This document shows positions 1 to 9,531 of a DNA stretch of 64,000 bases, one piece after another; the first letter of the stretch is position 1, and the number at the start of each line of letters is the position of its first letter. Under the pieces are notes generated by a model, which was not told where the DNA came from, did not search any database, and saw nothing but the letters and a program-made list of their open reading frames with translations. The translations under genes were made by a program, and so were the position numbers. Source of the DNA: an uncultured Planctomycetota bacterium (GTDB lineage: Bacteria; Planctomycetota; Planctomycetia; Isosphaerales; Isosphaeraceae); contig CAWGMQ010000004.1 of assembly GCA_963823665.1 (NCBI GenBank), forward strand, positions 2,080,001-2,144,000, written 5' to 3'.

Positions 1-1
1 C

Positions 2-214
2 GGCGCGAAAGTACGGCAAGCTCGGGGGACCGGCGAGGAGCCCCTGGTCGAGAGCGCCCACGATCCCGTCGTGCCGGTCGATCGCGAACACCCTGGCGCC
101 GGGCCGAAGGGCCTTGGCCAACATCCCCAGGACGACGGTGCCCCGCCCGAAGTAGCTCGCCTCCTCCCGAATCGGGTAACCCGGTCTCGCCGGCGGATGC
201 CCGCCGATCGTCAC
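2..214 (-). CDS. Probable class I SAM-dependent methyltransferase (Methyltransf_24-like), runs off the window edge
   Basis: Not in the ORF track. GTG at 214 overlaps the TGA of the upstream ORF (GTGA). Manual translation ...EEASYFGRGTVVLGMLAKALRPGARVFAIDRHDGIVGALDQGL resembles motif I (ExGSYxGRST) and the VxAIDxH motif of this family. Confidence 0.5.
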   Translation of the reverse strand, partial: MTIGGHPPARPGYPIREEASYFGRGTVVLGMLAKALRPGARVFAIDRHDGIVGALDQGLLAGPPSLPYFRA

Positions 215-558
215 TGCGGCGGCGGGCGCGTCGGGCCCAGCATCGGGGTCGGTGTCGAGAAGAACGTCTGGGTCGGAGCCGAGGGGGGGCGCGTGGGCTT
301 GCCGGACGGGCCGGCGTTCGGGCTGGCGTCGATCGAGGGGTGGTGATATGCCGGCCCGCCCGGCTCGCGCGTCCCTCCGACCAGGGGCGCGGGGCCCATC
401 GACGTTGCGAACGAGACGCGTTCCGGCGGCCGAGTCGGCTCGCCCGTCGGGTTCGGGGCCGTCGAGCCGCCCGCCCCGGCGGCCTCGGCATGCGTCCCCG
501 CCCGCCCGACGCCGGGCGCCTGCTCGACCCTTGCCGACTCGTCGTCGCTTGCTGCCAT
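211..558 (-). CDS. Pro/Ala/Gly/Thr-rich small hypothetical protein with three PTRPP motifs
   Basis: ATG at 558 has GGGAGG 8 nt upstream. The protein is low-complexity and its stop is coupled to the next ORF. Confidence 0.45.
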   Translation of the reverse strand: MAASDDESARVEQAPGVGRAGTHAEAAGAGGSTAPNPTGEPTRPPERVSFATSMGPAPLVGGTREPGGPAYHHPSIDASPNAGPSGKPTRPPSAPTQTFFSTPTPMLGPTRPPPQ

Positions 559-907
559 CGTTACAACCTCCCCGCCGGCACGCCGACGCTCGTTTCGTGG
601 AGCCCCGCGCCGGGCGTCGGCCCCGACCTCCGATCCACGACCGATCTCCGGTTGGATGCCGACACCCTCGTACGATACTCGGAGCCGGACGGCGACGGAA
701 GCGCCTTCCGTCTCGACGCTCAGCTTCGACGTGTTTGCGCGCTTCGGTCTGATCGACCGATGCGCCCAACGGCCCAGTGATTCCACAACGCATCCGGCAA
801 TCGATTCACGCCGTGTCCTCATGGACGCACGCCAGGATGCCTTCGCGGATCTCAGGTCTGTCGGAGGTGATCCGGCGATCGATCCGATCCGGCCCTGCGG
901 CCCGATT

Positions 908-1010
908 TGGTAAGAATATGGTAAGACTACTGACCGTGCCAGCCCAATGCGGCTACAATTGATCCCGAAAGAGCCAGCGATGTAACTGGCTTATAGAACA
1001 AAGACTTAAA
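908..1010. promoter_or_regulatory. Att-site-like motifs: tandem TGGTAAGA direct repeats (908-915, 919-926) and an IHF-like AT-rich box
   Basis: The direct repeats and TAACTGGCTTATAGAACAAAGACTTAA lie immediately before a tRNA 3' half, a layout typical of tyrosine-integrase arm and IHF sites (inference). Confidence 0.45.
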
Positions 1011-1026
1011 CGTCACCGCAACATCA

Positions 1027-1111
1027 GCCGAATGCCACGCTGATGGCAGACGCTGAGCACTTAAAATCCTCTGGGGGTAACCCCGTGTGGGTTCGATTCC
1101 CACCGTCGGTA
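1027..1111 (+). tRNA. Degenerate/pseudo tRNA-Leu(TAA), probable att site copy
   Basis: The anticodon loop CT-TAA-AA (1060-1066), long variable arm GGGGTAACCCC, T arm GTGGG-TTCGATT-CCCAC and 3' acceptor strand CGTCGGT-A are intact. The 5' half is corrupted, with 2 acceptor-stem mismatches and a C:C in the anticodon stem; only TGGCAGACGC of the D region is recognisable. Confidence 0.75.
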
Positions 1112-1174
1112 ATCGAAACCCTCCGCTGGCCACATCCGGCCCGGACGGTAGAATTGAACTGGAGGAGTTCTGCC

Positions 1175-1414
1175 ATGAACTCTCAGAACGTTGGCGTGAT
1201 TGTCGTTGCCGAGAAAAGCGAACCCGCAAGCGCGAACGCTCGGGGGGACTATGACATGCCCACGGAAGCACCGATCCAGGAGCTCGGCGTTGACGAGCTT
1301 CTCGATTACAAGCCGGTGCCGCCCCGGCGGGTCGTGCAAACATACGCCCGATACCCGCGGCAGGGTCGCGGGCGGCCGCTTCCCGATTTGCTGGACGAGG
1401 CTGGCCCGGAATGA
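1175..1414 (+). CDS. Small hypothetical protein
   Basis: GGAG RBS before ATG 1175. The stop overlaps the next start (ATGA). Confidence 0.45.
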   Translation: MNSQNVGVIVVAEKSEPASANARGDYDMPTEAPIQELGVDELLDYKPVPPRRVVQTYARYPRQGRGRPLPDLLDEAGPE

Positions 1415-1655
1415 CAATCGAGCCGTTCTGGAACCAAAGCAAGAGGTCACGGAGCGATACCAGGACGATTCCGAGTGGCACATCTGCGGCAAGACGCACC
1501 AGTTCCCCGAGTGGAAGAAGAACTTCCTCCCGAACACGTCCACGCCGATCCCCTGGGAAGAGGCGCTGGAGGCCCAGGGGCGGGCCGACATGATCGACGC
1601 CGTGGAGAAGCAAGACCAGCTCGGGCACTGCCTGGACACCGTCTTCCGGGCTTGA
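1411..1655 (+). pseudogene. Fragment of a Panacea/SocA (DUF4065)-like antitoxin
   Basis: After a frame change, the C-terminal segment KTHQFPEWKKN...STPIPWEEAL resembles the THxxPEW...SxxIPxE tail of DUF4065. Most of the domain is missing. Confidence 0.4.
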
Positions 1656-2035
1656 ATTATGGAGGCCAGAGACACGTTCTACCAACGCATCAGGCGGGGC
1701 GTCTCGCTGTCGAGACGAATCGATCTGGAGCACATCGAGCTGATGGAGGAGCAAGAGTTGCTGGACTGAGACGCACTCGGCGCGAGGCCTGGCATCGCCA
1801 TCAAGCTCATCCTGAGCTACCCATACCTGTCCAACTCCCTGAAATCCTTCCCCCGCAGCAACAATCACGACGTCGTCCTGGCCGCCGCACTCACGCTTGT
1901 CTGGGGAACGATCTTCTTCTGGGACGTGATCGGCCGGAAGTGGCCCAAGGTCCGCCTCGCCCTCGAAGCGTTGCTTGGACTTATGACCCTTTCAGGCATG
2001 GCCGCCCTTTATGGGACAACCATGTACCTGATTCT

Positions 2036-2684
2036 GAAGCTGAGTTGGAGGCCGGGCGGCTCGATGGATTCCGCCTCGGCGACGAATGGCGAATCACCGA
2101 AGACGCACTTTTGCGGTTCATGGGCGTTTCCGCCAAGCGAAAGGAGATTGAACCGATGACTGTTGCCGAGAAAGTCGCTGACAAACCAGGCCTTGATTAC
2201 GAGGCCATACTCGAAGGGGTCAACTGGCGCCCGGTTGAGCCCTTCTCCTTCAACTGGCCGAACGGTCCCGAACGGTTCGGGGAGGCAGTCGAAACCAAGG
2301 TAAAAGTCGGTCGAAAGGAGTATCGCCTCCGCGTGGGCTTTTGCATCCGGAAGGCCGCCGGAGACGCGAACCATCGGAGAGCGGTTATCTTCCTCGGCCA
2401 ACCTCCGAGTCTCATTGCATTGGTCGAGTTCGCCGGTGAGGACTCGGACATTTTCGAGACGAGCGGCCGCATGGTGAGCGTCATCAAGCAGCGAGGCAGT
2501 CAGCAGCACCTTCGGCCGGGAAACTCATCCCGCCGGAGTACATCGACCTGCCACTGGTTACCTACAATGACGTTGTCACCGGTCCGTATGCCGCCCAGAG
2601 TATGGCCGTCGTTGCTCAAAAAACTGATTATAACTTGATGGCACACCATGCGCTGATTCGGGCCCGCTCGAAGGGTCTCATCTG
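2036..2684 (+). pseudogene. N-truncated, frameshifted protein with an excisionase-type HTH_17 domain
   Basis: ELEAGRLDGFRLGDEWRITEDALLRFM matches the C-terminal half of HTH_17. The frame shifts near 2520-2535 and continues ...NDVVTGPYAAQSMAVV...ARSKGLI*. Confidence 0.5.
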
Positions 2685-2774
2685 AGCTGCTCAACTTCCC
2701 TCGAGACCGAAGTGTTTGAGGCCGCGGAGGAAGCGATCTTCCCCATCCAAAACCATCAACCAAGGAGAATTCGC

Positions 2775-3010
2775 ATGCTCACCGATTCAGTGAACGCTGC
2801 AGATGTTGCTCAGGCCGTGCGGGCTTTCGACGGTACTTTCCGCGAGATGGAGCAGGTTGCTTGGCGACTGTCTCAACAGTGCCGGATTGAATTACTCAGC
2901 AACGACGCCACGCTCCACCTTGAGGAGTTGGTATGGCTGGTAAAGAAATGGATGGGAATCCAAGGAGTTCTGCCATCCATCAAGGGGATCGCGGCGCAGG
3001 CTGTTTCAAT
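2775..3010 (+). pseudogene. Truncated hypothetical protein
   Basis: Strong AAGGAG RBS before ATG 2775. The frame runs into the convergent 3011-3310 gene. Confidence 0.35.
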
Positions 3011-3310
3011 TCAAGAAGTAGCATTTTTCTTGAGTCTAACGCCCAATCTACGGCGGGCTTTAGATTTCAAAATGGCGAGGAGATCGCCGGCCTTGCCGAA
3101 AGCATGTAGCTCCTCCTTCTCCTCGGCAGTCAGAGCATCATCCTGATTTCGCACAACTAAGTCGTGCATCCTCGCTTTGTCCCGATCACTGAAACTGAGT
3201 TTGAGAACATAGCGAGCTATTTCATCAGGAAGTTGGCCCCGTCCATTACTGAGGATGCGAGCAAGGATCGTCACCTCGGTTTCGCCAACGTGAGAAGTGG
3301 TCGTAGCCAT
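3011..3310 (-). CDS. Small antitoxin-like hypothetical protein, orphan
   Basis: AAGGA RBS. The pattern ARYVLKLSFSDRDKARMHDL...LTAEEKEEL...LLAILKSKARRRL resembles small proteins I recall preceding HNH-type toxins; no toxin follows here. Confidence 0.6.
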   Translation of the reverse strand: MATTTSHVGETEVTILARILSNGRGQLPDEIARYVLKLSFSDRDKARMHDLVVRNQDDALTAEEKEELHAFGKAGDLLAILKSKARRRLGVRLKKNATS

Positions 3311-3548
3311 ATAAAATCCTTACCTGAGTACTGTTCAAGTTAGAGCATAACACGACCGGAGGCCGCAAGGAAATTGCAACGACCACCTCATCAGGCCCAA
3401 GACAAACGCTCAACCTACTGACACCAGTCCAAGCTCGCGAGAGAGCGGAAAGATGGAATTCTGAAAGAAGCGAGTTAATCCCCGCCCCGTGATTGCGGTT
3501 CTTCTCCTGGCTGACTGAGTGTTGACTTGTTGGCAAAGGAGAGAATCG

Positions 3549-4175
3549 ATGTTGCGTGCACAGTTGCGATCGGGCGTTGTGCAGGTGGGCCTGGCCCTGC
3601 GCGAGCCGGAAGAGTTCACCCGCCGCTGGCATGGCGGCGATGTCCCGTATTCCTGGTGGGTGTTCCTGGCACTTGCGCTCACCGCGGTCCTCGGCACGTC
3701 CACCTATGGTCTCACGATGGGGCTGCTGGGCGGCCCGGGCGACATTTTCCTGGACGCACTTCGCTGCACGACGGCCGCCGGGCTGGCGTGGGGGATCGCG
3801 CTGCCGTCGCTGTACATCTTCAATAGCCTCTCGGGCTCGAAACTGCGGCCGAGCACCACGCTGCTGGCTGCCCTCGTGACGACGAGCTGGGGCGGCCTCG
3901 CGATGATCGCCTCGATCCCGATCAACTGGTTCTTCACGGTGGCGTTTCATGACCTCGTCGCAAACCCCTCCCATGTCACCTGGCTGGTGCGTGCGGTCAA
4001 TCTTGTTGTCTTCACCGGCGTCGGCATTTCCATGGTCGACATCTTCGGCCGTGTCATGACGGTGCTCGAGCCCGAGCGTGGCCGATGGCCGGTTCTGTGG
4101 CTAGCGGTCGTCACGGCGATCGGTGGTGAGCTGTTCTACGCCTTCGGGCTGTTTCGGTTCGCATTCAGCGGCTGA
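3549..4175 (+). CDS. Multi-pass membrane protein (PspA operon gene 1)
   Basis: AAAGGAG RBS and about 5 hydrophobic segments. Shares an ALPSLY/CLPSFY...GxKL motif with the next gene. Confidence 0.75.
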   Translation: MLRAQLRSGVVQVGLALREPEEFTRRWHGGDVPYSWWVFLALALTAVLGTSTYGLTMGLLGGPGDIFLDALRCTTAAGLAWGIALPSLYIFNSLSGSKLRPSTTLLAALVTTSWGGLAMIASIPINWFFTVAFHDLVANPSHVTWLVRAVNLVVFTGVGISMVDIFGRVMTVLEPERGRWPVLWLAVVTAIGGELFYAFGLFRFAFSG

Positions 4176-4223
4176 TAGAGAGTCTCGTCAAACCACACGT
4201 TCCCACAGAGCAGGAGTTCAGCG

Positions 4224-4967
4224 ATGCAAACGATGACAATTGACTCGCCGGTTACCGAGCCATGGACAGCCGGCTTGGGTGATGAAAGAAGTGAAGGCAA
4301 GACGACCGAGCTGGTCGAGCTGATGCTCAAGAATCAGCGGCGTCTTGATGCGCTCATCCGGCAAGAGTCGCGTGCGCCCGATCTGATTCCCAGGCTTCTG
4401 GCCGTTGCGCTCGTAGGATTCACGATTTTCGGAATCGCGGCCACGCTGATCCTGAACCTGGCAGTATCGCTTCCCTCGTGGGTGCCGCGGGCACGATGGT
4501 CCGACGGCACCTGGGCGAACCTGACGCTGGCGTACGTGTTGGGCCTCGTTGCGGCCACGGGCGTTTGCCTGCCGAGTTTTTACTTTTACGGGCTGCTCGC
4601 CGGCGTCAAGCTCTCCATGATCCAGTCAGTCGCGCACGCTGTGAAATGCCTTGCGGTCACTGCAGTCGTGCTGGTCGGTGCGCTGCCGATCTATGTCGCG
4701 ATCATGCTGGGGATGATCGTCTTCTCGGCTGAGGCAGAGTTGATGCAGCAAACGATCACGCTGGGGCTGGCCCTTCCGTTCGTGGCGGGACTCTGGGGTG
4801 TCAAAACACTGTTCCTCGGCTTCGCAGATCTCGCTGAGACGCTGCCGCCCTGTCGCAAGCGCGAACGGGCATGTTTCCTCCGGAGACTGACTGTCGCGTG
4901 GGCTGCGTGCTACACCGCCGTCACGCCCGTGATGATCATCTGGCTCTGGACGCGTCTCTCGGGCTGA
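4224..4967 (+). CDS. Multi-pass membrane protein, paralog of 3549-4175
   Basis: AGGAG RBS, hydrophobic helices and the CLPSFYFYGLLAGVKL motif. Confidence 0.75.
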   Translation: MQTMTIDSPVTEPWTAGLGDERSEGKTTELVELMLKNQRRLDALIRQESRAPDLIPRLLAVALVGFTIFGIAATLILNLAVSLPSWVPRARWSDGTWANLTLAYVLGLVAATGVCLPSFYFYGLLAGVKLSMIQSVAHAVKCLAVTAVVLVGALPIYVAIMLGMIVFSAEAELMQQTITLGLALPFVAGLWGVKTLFLGFADLAETLPPCRKRERACFLRRLTVAWAACYTAVTPVMIIWLWTRLSG

Positions 4968-5010
4968 TCGCCGAATTTTGGCGTCCGGATGAGGCGAGGA
5001 GGTTAGTACC

Positions 5011-5802
5011 ATGGGTTTTGGAGCGACGATGATCTTCTATCATGTGATCGGGCTCGGCGTGGCGACAGCCGTTTTCCTGTCCGATTCACGCCAGAGCCGG
5101 GTGTTCCCGGTGTTCCGGCTGGCGACCGCTGTCGTCTTCTGGCCGCTCTATCTGCCGATGGTGCTGGCCGGCCGCCGGGCTGAAACACAACCGGAGATAG
5201 CACCATCCCCGCATGCGGACGATGCGATGGCCCGCATGATTTCGCAAGTTGAGTCCGAGCTTGAGACGGCGCTTGCAAGCCTCGACGGCTGGGTCGAGCA
5301 CGTCTCTGGCGCACGAGGCCAGCCGCTTCCATGAGCTAAGCTCGGCCTGGCGTGCTCAGGCCGACCGGATTCGCGAAATGGATCGCGTTGCTCGGCCGCA
5401 CGGAGCTCGGCCGGGAGCGAGCCGATTCCTGATGTCTCTCGGCCGGGAGCGAGTGATCGCTATCTCCACAGTGAGCAGACTCGACGCGCGAACCTCGATC
5501 GCCTTCGCGAGGTTCGAAACCGGGCTCTCGAGGACCTCATGGGCACACTCGCCTGGGTCCGTGAACTGGTGTCGATGATTCACCTGGCCAAGTTCACGGG
5601 AGCACCGGCCGCGCGGGCCGAGGAGCTGGTGGCCCAGATAGCCGCCGCCGTCGAGGGGATCTCGGCGGTGACGTGGCAGGAACCCAGATCCGATTCTCCC
5701 GTCCGGCCCACAAGGCCGGCTTCCATTCCAATACATTCTGAAGAGGAGTTCATTCCATGCGACTTTTCCAGCGAATCAGCGACATCATCGCCGCGAACCT
5801 GA
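5011..5802 (+). CDS. Membrane-anchored coiled-coil protein (frameshifted)
   Basis: GAGGAGG RBS and two N-terminal TM segments (FWPLYLP). Helical remainder is spread over track ORFs 5011, 5249 and 5539. Confidence 0.6.
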
Positions 5803-6447
5803 ACGATCTGGTCGACCGTTTTGAGGATCCGGAAGCGATGCTCAAGCATGCTATCCGCGAGATGGAAACGATGATCGAGGAGGCAACTGGCGGTGCCGCA
5901 CGTGCCATTGCCGGTGAGCGGCTCCTGGCGAGAGACCTTGCGAGACCACGAGCAAAAAGCAGCGGGCTGGCGCGTCCGGGCCGAGGAGGCTGTTGTACGC
6001 AGCGATGACGACCTGGCCCGCCAGGCAATCGCCCGCGCACACGAGCACGAGGTGATGGCGCAGGCACTCGTCGGCCAGCGAACGTCAGCCGAGCAGACGG
6101 CGCAGGCCTTGCGGGGTCAGGTCGCCGCGATGCGCGCCAAGCAGGCCGAGGCTCGCCGAAAGCTGGAGAGCCTCTCCGCACGGCGTCAAGTCGCCCAGAC
6201 CGGTCGAGAGCTGCACGGGATGGCCAGTCGATCCAGGCGTGGACCGAATGGCTTCGCGCGGTTTGAGAAAATGCACCGGCAGATCGAACAGGCTGAAGCG
6301 GAGGCGGAAGCTCTGGGAGAACTCTACGAAACCACGGAGTTGAGCCTCGAGGCGGATATCGAACTACGCGAGCAAGCCCGCCGCATCGAGGCTGAGCTGG
6401 CGACCATAAAAGAACGAGTCCGAGCGTCACAGCCGTCTGTCGGATAG
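5757..6447 (+). CDS. pspA: PspA/IM30 family protein (one frameshift near 5945)
   Basis: MRLFQRISDIIAANLNDLVDRFEDPEAMLKHAIREME, DDDLARQAI and FARFEKMHRQIEQAEA are hallmark PspA motifs. Confidence 0.9.
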
Positions 6448-6539
6448 AATTCTGGCAGAGCGGTAAGACGTCGATATCACGCTATCGTGATAACGCGCTG
6501 TCGATTCCTCGCGTCCCCTGTTCGTTCTCCGGGAATGCG

Positions 6540-7439
6540 ATGGCAAACCAGCCCAAACAACCTGTTCGATCCAAGCAACTGAAGGTGTGGACGCTGATGA
6601 CGGCCACACTCGTTGTCGGACTCCTGCTCGCCTTCGGCCGGTGGGCCGGCCAATACCGAACGCAGATGGAGTTCAGTAACGCCGCGTGGGGCGCCCTTCC
6701 TGCCTGGTGGGTGCTAGCGATCGACTACGCTTTATTGCTCACGATGGTTGCCGCGCTCATCCAAGCTGACCGGGTCGATGAGCTCTTCTCGTCGACCGAG
6801 ACACTGACCTGGCTCGGCGGGATCTGTTTGTTCACGGCTGGTCTCTATCACGACCGCTATGGCCACCGCGGGCCAACGATCTGGGGTACCAGCGCCAATG
6901 GGTACGGCACGTTCACAGAGTTCCTGCGCAAGCCGTCGCCCGCGAATCTCCCGCTGCTGCTCTCAGTTTGGCCGATGGCTTATAGCCTGATCGTCATGTC
7001 CTCGTCGTTCGTGGCCGTCATGGGCTGGAAACGGCCGATTCTTCGCTGGCGATGGATTCTGCATGCACTGTTCCTCGTCACCCTTACCAGCTCGTGGATC
7101 GTGTTCGTGCTCTGGCCATGGAATATGAGATACGAATCGAGCTGGCTGGCTGGCTCACTCGTCGTGCTTCCGGTCTTGGTAGTCACACTCGCCTTGGTGC
7201 GCGACTTTGATCGAAAAATCTGGTGGACGAATTTGATCGCCGCGGTGTGGCTGTTGACGGCTCTCTCCCCTCGATTCAGCAGCGCGGGCCGGGGCCCGAT
7301 GGTGATGTCGGTGAGGGAGGCCCTTCGCTGGATTGACTACGGCTATCTGCTGCTGCTTCTCGCGGACCTCTTGGTCCTGGGCGGCTCCGTCGGCACGCTG
7401 TTCTCCGACGGCGATCGTGATCACAATTTCAGACAGTAA
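6540..7439 (+). CDS. Integral membrane protein (tandem paralog 1)
   Basis: About 8 hydrophobic segments. Clear similarity to the next gene. Confidence 0.75.
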   Translation: MANQPKQPVRSKQLKVWTLMTATLVVGLLLAFGRWAGQYRTQMEFSNAAWGALPAWWVLAIDYALLLTMVAALIQADRVDELFSSTETLTWLGGICLFTAGLYHDRYGHRGPTIWGTSANGYGTFTEFLRKPSPANLPLLLSVWPMAYSLIVMSSSFVAVMGWKRPILRWRWILHALFLVTLTSSWIVFVLWPWNMRYESSWLAGSLVVLPVLVVTLALVRDFDRKIWWTNLIAAVWLLTALSPRFSSAGRGPMVMSVREALRWIDYGYLLLLLADLLVLGGSVGTLFSDGDRDHNFRQ

Positions 7440-7449
7440 ACGGTGTGCA

Positions 7450-8394
7450 TTGGACCCACAATCCCAACCATCCAGTCGATCGAAGCAACTCAAGGTGTGG
7501 ACGCTCATGGCGGCCACACTTGTTGCCGGTGCGCTCCTGGCTTTCGGCCGGTGGGCCAGTGACGATCCACTCGCCATGCGGTTCGGGCCGATCGCGAGGA
7601 ACGCTTTCCCGGCCGGGTGGATCCTGGCGATCGAGTACGGCGTGATTTTCCTGATGGTTGTGCTCGTCATCCGGGCCGATCGTGTCGACGCATTCTTTTC
7701 CTCGGAGGAGACTCTGACCTGGCTAGGCGGGATCGGCCTGTTCACCGCCGCTCTGTATCACAATCCGGGCTTTAGCTCGGGCGTAGTCTGGGGCGGAAAA
7801 GTAAATGGTTACGGCACACTTACGCAGTTCTTGGAGAGGGCCTCGTTTGACTCTGTTCCTCTCCTGCTCTCGGCCTGGCCGATGGTCTACGGGCTGATTG
7901 TCGCGATGACGTCATTTCTAGCAATCATGGCCTGGAACCAGCGGCTTCTGCGCTGGCGATGGATTCTGCACGCGCTCTTCCTTTTGATCGTGATCGTCGC
8001 ATGGTTCACGCTCGTGTTCTGGCCGTGGAATCAGACAGACGAATCGAGATGGCTCGCCGCCTCGTTCGTGGTACTTCCAGCCCTGGTTGTCACACTCGTG
8101 ATGGTGCACGATCCGGTGCGAAGGATCCATTGGATGAACTTGATCGCGGCGGCGTGGCTCGCAACGGCGCTGTTGCCTCAATTTGACATCGGCCGAGTTG
8201 TGCTCCCGATGTCGGAAGCTCTCGCCAGGATGAATCACGGATACCGGATTCTCGTCCTGGGCGACCTGTTGGTCTTGGTGGGGTCGCTTGCGGTGCTCGT
8301 TGGGAAAGGCGAGCGCGACACAAGTGGTTCATCGACTCCCGCCTCGAACAGTCTTCGCCCAAAACTTGTGGACACACCCGCGCCCGGACCGTAA
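7450..8394 (+). CDS. Integral membrane protein (tandem paralog 2)
   Basis: Shares RSKQLKVWTLM, ETLTWLGGIxLFTAxLYH, NGYGT and LRWRWILHALF with 6540-7439. TTG start at 7450 inferred by alignment. Confidence 0.75.
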   Translation: MDPQSQPSSRSKQLKVWTLMAATLVAGALLAFGRWASDDPLAMRFGPIARNAFPAGWILAIEYGVIFLMVVLVIRADRVDAFFSSEETLTWLGGIGLFTAALYHNPGFSSGVVWGGKVNGYGTLTQFLERASFDSVPLLLSAWPMVYGLIVAMTSFLAIMAWNQRLLRWRWILHALFLLIVIVAWFTLVFWPWNQTDESRWLAASFVVLPALVVTLVMVHDPVRRIHWMNLIAAAWLATALLPQFDIGRVVLPMSEALARMNHGYRILVLGDLLVLVGSLAVLVGKGERDTSGSSTPASNSLRPKLVDTPAPGP

Positions 8395-8463
8395 TAGTGG
8401 GGTGAAATGGTTCAATCGCGCAAAACTGCAGGCGAAACGAACCGGCACGATGGGTTTGACGCT

Positions 8464-9453
8464 ATGACAACGGTTCCGCTCTATCCCCTGCGATTCACCC
8501 CGATCTTGCGCCGGCTGATCTGGGGGGGCCGGCGGCTGGGCACCATCTTGCACAAGCCGATCGGCGACGCATCAGACTACGCCGAAAGCTGGGAAATCTC
8601 CGACTATCGCGATTCGCTCAGCGTGCTCGAGAACGGCTCTCTTGCCGGTTCGACGATCCGCGAGCTGATCCAGTGGTACTGCCCCGGATTGCTCGGGACG
8701 GCCCTGGCCGGCGTCGATCAGTTTCCGCTGCTGGTGAAGTATATCGATGCGCATCAAGACCTCTCGGTCCAGGTTCATCCCGACGACGCGAAGGGCCGGC
8801 GGCTGGCCGGCGACAGCGGAAAGACCGAGACCTGGGTCATCCTGGAAGCTGAGCCGGGAAGCCTCATTTACGCCGGATTGCAGCAAGGAGTCAGCCGGAG
8901 TGAATTCGCCGTAGCGATCCGTTCGGGAGGCGTCGAGCCGTTGCTCCATCGTGTCGAGCCCAAAGCCGGCGATTGCATCTTGATTGAGTCAGGGACAGTG
9001 CATGCGATCGGCGCCGGTGTGCTCCTGGCCGAGATCCAGCAAACCTCCGATGCCACATTCCGCGTGTACGACTGGGGGCGAGTCGGCCCCGACGGCAAGC
9101 CACGGACGCTTCATATCGAGCAAGCACTCGAATCGATCGACTTCGAGCGCGGACCCGTCGAGCCAATCACCCCACGCGTCGAGGCACTGACTGGCGGAGG
9201 CAAGCGCGAGGACCTATCACGCTCGGCTTATTTCGCTCTCGACCGATTCGACATCTCGCAGCCGACGCCGTTCGGGCGATCCGATCGGTTCACGATTCTG
9301 ATGTGCCTGGCGGGCTCATTCGACGTGCGCACCGCGGCGGAAACCCTGCGTGTTGAGTTCGGCCAGACGGCGCTGCTTCCCGCTGCTATATCTGGGTGCG
9401 AGATCGTGCCACACGGGCAGTGCCAGCTTCTGACGTGTATCGTCCCCGAGTGA
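8464..9453 (+). CDS. manA: Mannose-6-phosphate isomerase, class I
   Basis: IWGGRRL, AESWEIS, FPLLVKYIDA, LSVQVHPDD, GKTETW, GTVHAIG, EIQQTSDATFRVYDW. Confidence 0.93.
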   Translation: MTTVPLYPLRFTPILRRLIWGGRRLGTILHKPIGDASDYAESWEISDYRDSLSVLENGSLAGSTIRELIQWYCPGLLGTALAGVDQFPLLVKYIDAHQDLSVQVHPDDAKGRRLAGDSGKTETWVILEAEPGSLIYAGLQQGVSRSEFAVAIRSGGVEPLLHRVEPKAGDCILIESGTVHAIGAGVLLAEIQQTSDATFRVYDWGRVGPDGKPRTLHIEQALESIDFERGPVEPITPRVEALTGGGKREDLSRSAYFALDRFDISQPTPFGRSDRFTILMCLAGSFDVRTAAETLRVEFGQTALLPAAISGCEIVPHGQCQLLTCIVPE

Positions 9454-9531
9454 GTTCGACGTGAGTCGCCCCTGACCGATCGGGCAAGCGCGTGCCGACG
9501 AAGTCGCCAGAGAGAGGATCGCGAAAACGAG

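Noticed and set aside
1027..1111. Functional tRNA-Leu
   Set aside because: Acceptor and anticodon stem mismatches and a disrupted D arm.
1475..2035. N-terminal half of the 387-aa ORF as a real protein
   Set aside because: It reads as off-frame sequence across other fragments; only the part from the HTH onward is protein-like.
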